Assembly: GCA_051313645.2 (NCBI GenBank)
Contig: JBNRSN020000001.1
Coordinates: forward strand, 337,714,001 to 337,778,000
DNA from: Centroscyllium fabricii
Lineage: Eukaryota
DNA: 64,000 bases
Direction: 5' to 3'
In this document: one piece after another, positions 63,337 to 64,000 of the stretch
How positions within the stretch are numbered: position 1 is the first letter of the stretch
Layout of the letters: each line of letters starts with the position of its first letter
Program-made: the position numbers and the translations under genes
The notes under the pieces: model-generated
Told to the model about the DNA's origin: nothing
Seen by the model: only the letters and a program-made list of their open reading frames with translations
Database searches by the model: none

Positions 63337-64000
63337 ATCATCAAGTTTGTGGACGACACCACGGTGGTTGGCCAGATCACCAACAATGATGAGTCAGCCT
63401 ACAGGGATGAGATCCAGCGCCTTGTGGGATGGTGTGCAGACAACAACCTGGCACTGAACACCAAGAAAACTAAGGAGATCATAGTGGACTTCAGGAGGAC
63501 TGGAAGCAGAGGACACCCCCCCATCTTCATCCAAGGGGCTGAGGTGGAAAGGGTGTCCAGCTTCAAGTTCCTCGGGGTCCACATCTCGGAAGACCTCTCC
63601 TGGTCACTAAACACCTCCTCTCTGGTTAAGAAGGCCCAACAGCGCCTGTACTTCCTAAGGAAGCTGAAGAAAGCCAGGCTGTCATCCGGCATCCTCTCCA
63701 ACTTCTACCGCAGCACAATAGAAAGCATACAGACAAGCTGCATCACAGTCTGGTATGGAAATTGCACCATCTCGGACTGGAAGACCCTGCAGCGGGTATT
63801 CAAAACTGCCCAACGAGTCACCGGTACCCAGCTACTGTCAATGGAAAGCATCTACCTCAAACGCTGCCTACGGAAGTCTCTGAACATTATTAAAGACACC
63901 ACACACCCCAGCCACAGTCTGTTTGCCCCCCTGGCCTCCGGGAGACGCTACAGATCAATTCGCACCCGCACGACTAGATTTAAGAACACTTTCTTCCCCA
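63337..64000 (+). mobile_element. Rex1/Babar LINE RT C-terminal region (runs off the window)
   Basis: Open frame IIKFVDDTTVVGQITNNDESAYRDEIQRLVGWCADNNLALNTKKTKEIIVDFRR...KAQQRLYFLRKL...SGRRYRSIRTRTTRFKNTFFP. Confidence 0.92.

Overview
This is eukaryotic, repeat-rich DNA, most likely from a cartilaginous fish (shark or ray), judged from HE1-like V-SINEs, SacSINE1-like Deu-domain SINEs and abundant CR1 LINEs. The only host protein-coding gene I can support is LIN28B on the minus strand: promoter/5'UTR at ~15.0-15.2 kb, coding exon 1 at 14932-14941 (MAE-G) and the cold-shock-domain exon 2 at 13976-14157. Later exons are not visible and probably lie left of the window. The rest is intron 2 and ~49 kb of upstream sequence filled with CR1, CR1/L2-group, L2 and Rex1/Babar LINE fragments, several SINE families, a solo LTR, hAT, Tc1/mariner and Harbinger-like non-autonomous DNA elements, two minisatellites and a 325-nt N gap. 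Highlights: (1) about a dozen Penelope-associated minimal hammerhead-ribozyme motifs from two families, some in fold-back elements with one ribozyme on each strand; (2) two copies of a GGGGG-ended DNA element inserted at the same base of the hammerhead cleavage palindrome, one of which seeded a 1.5-kb G-quadruplex-type satellite; (3) a 5S-rRNA-derived SINE with a non-5S head, both copies in an ATCTG target duplication; (4) a MITE carrying tandem NRF1/YY1-like motifs; (5) LIN28B uORFs and a candidate in-frame alternative first exon. Family names come from motif recognition, not database searches, and boundaries of old repeats are approximate.
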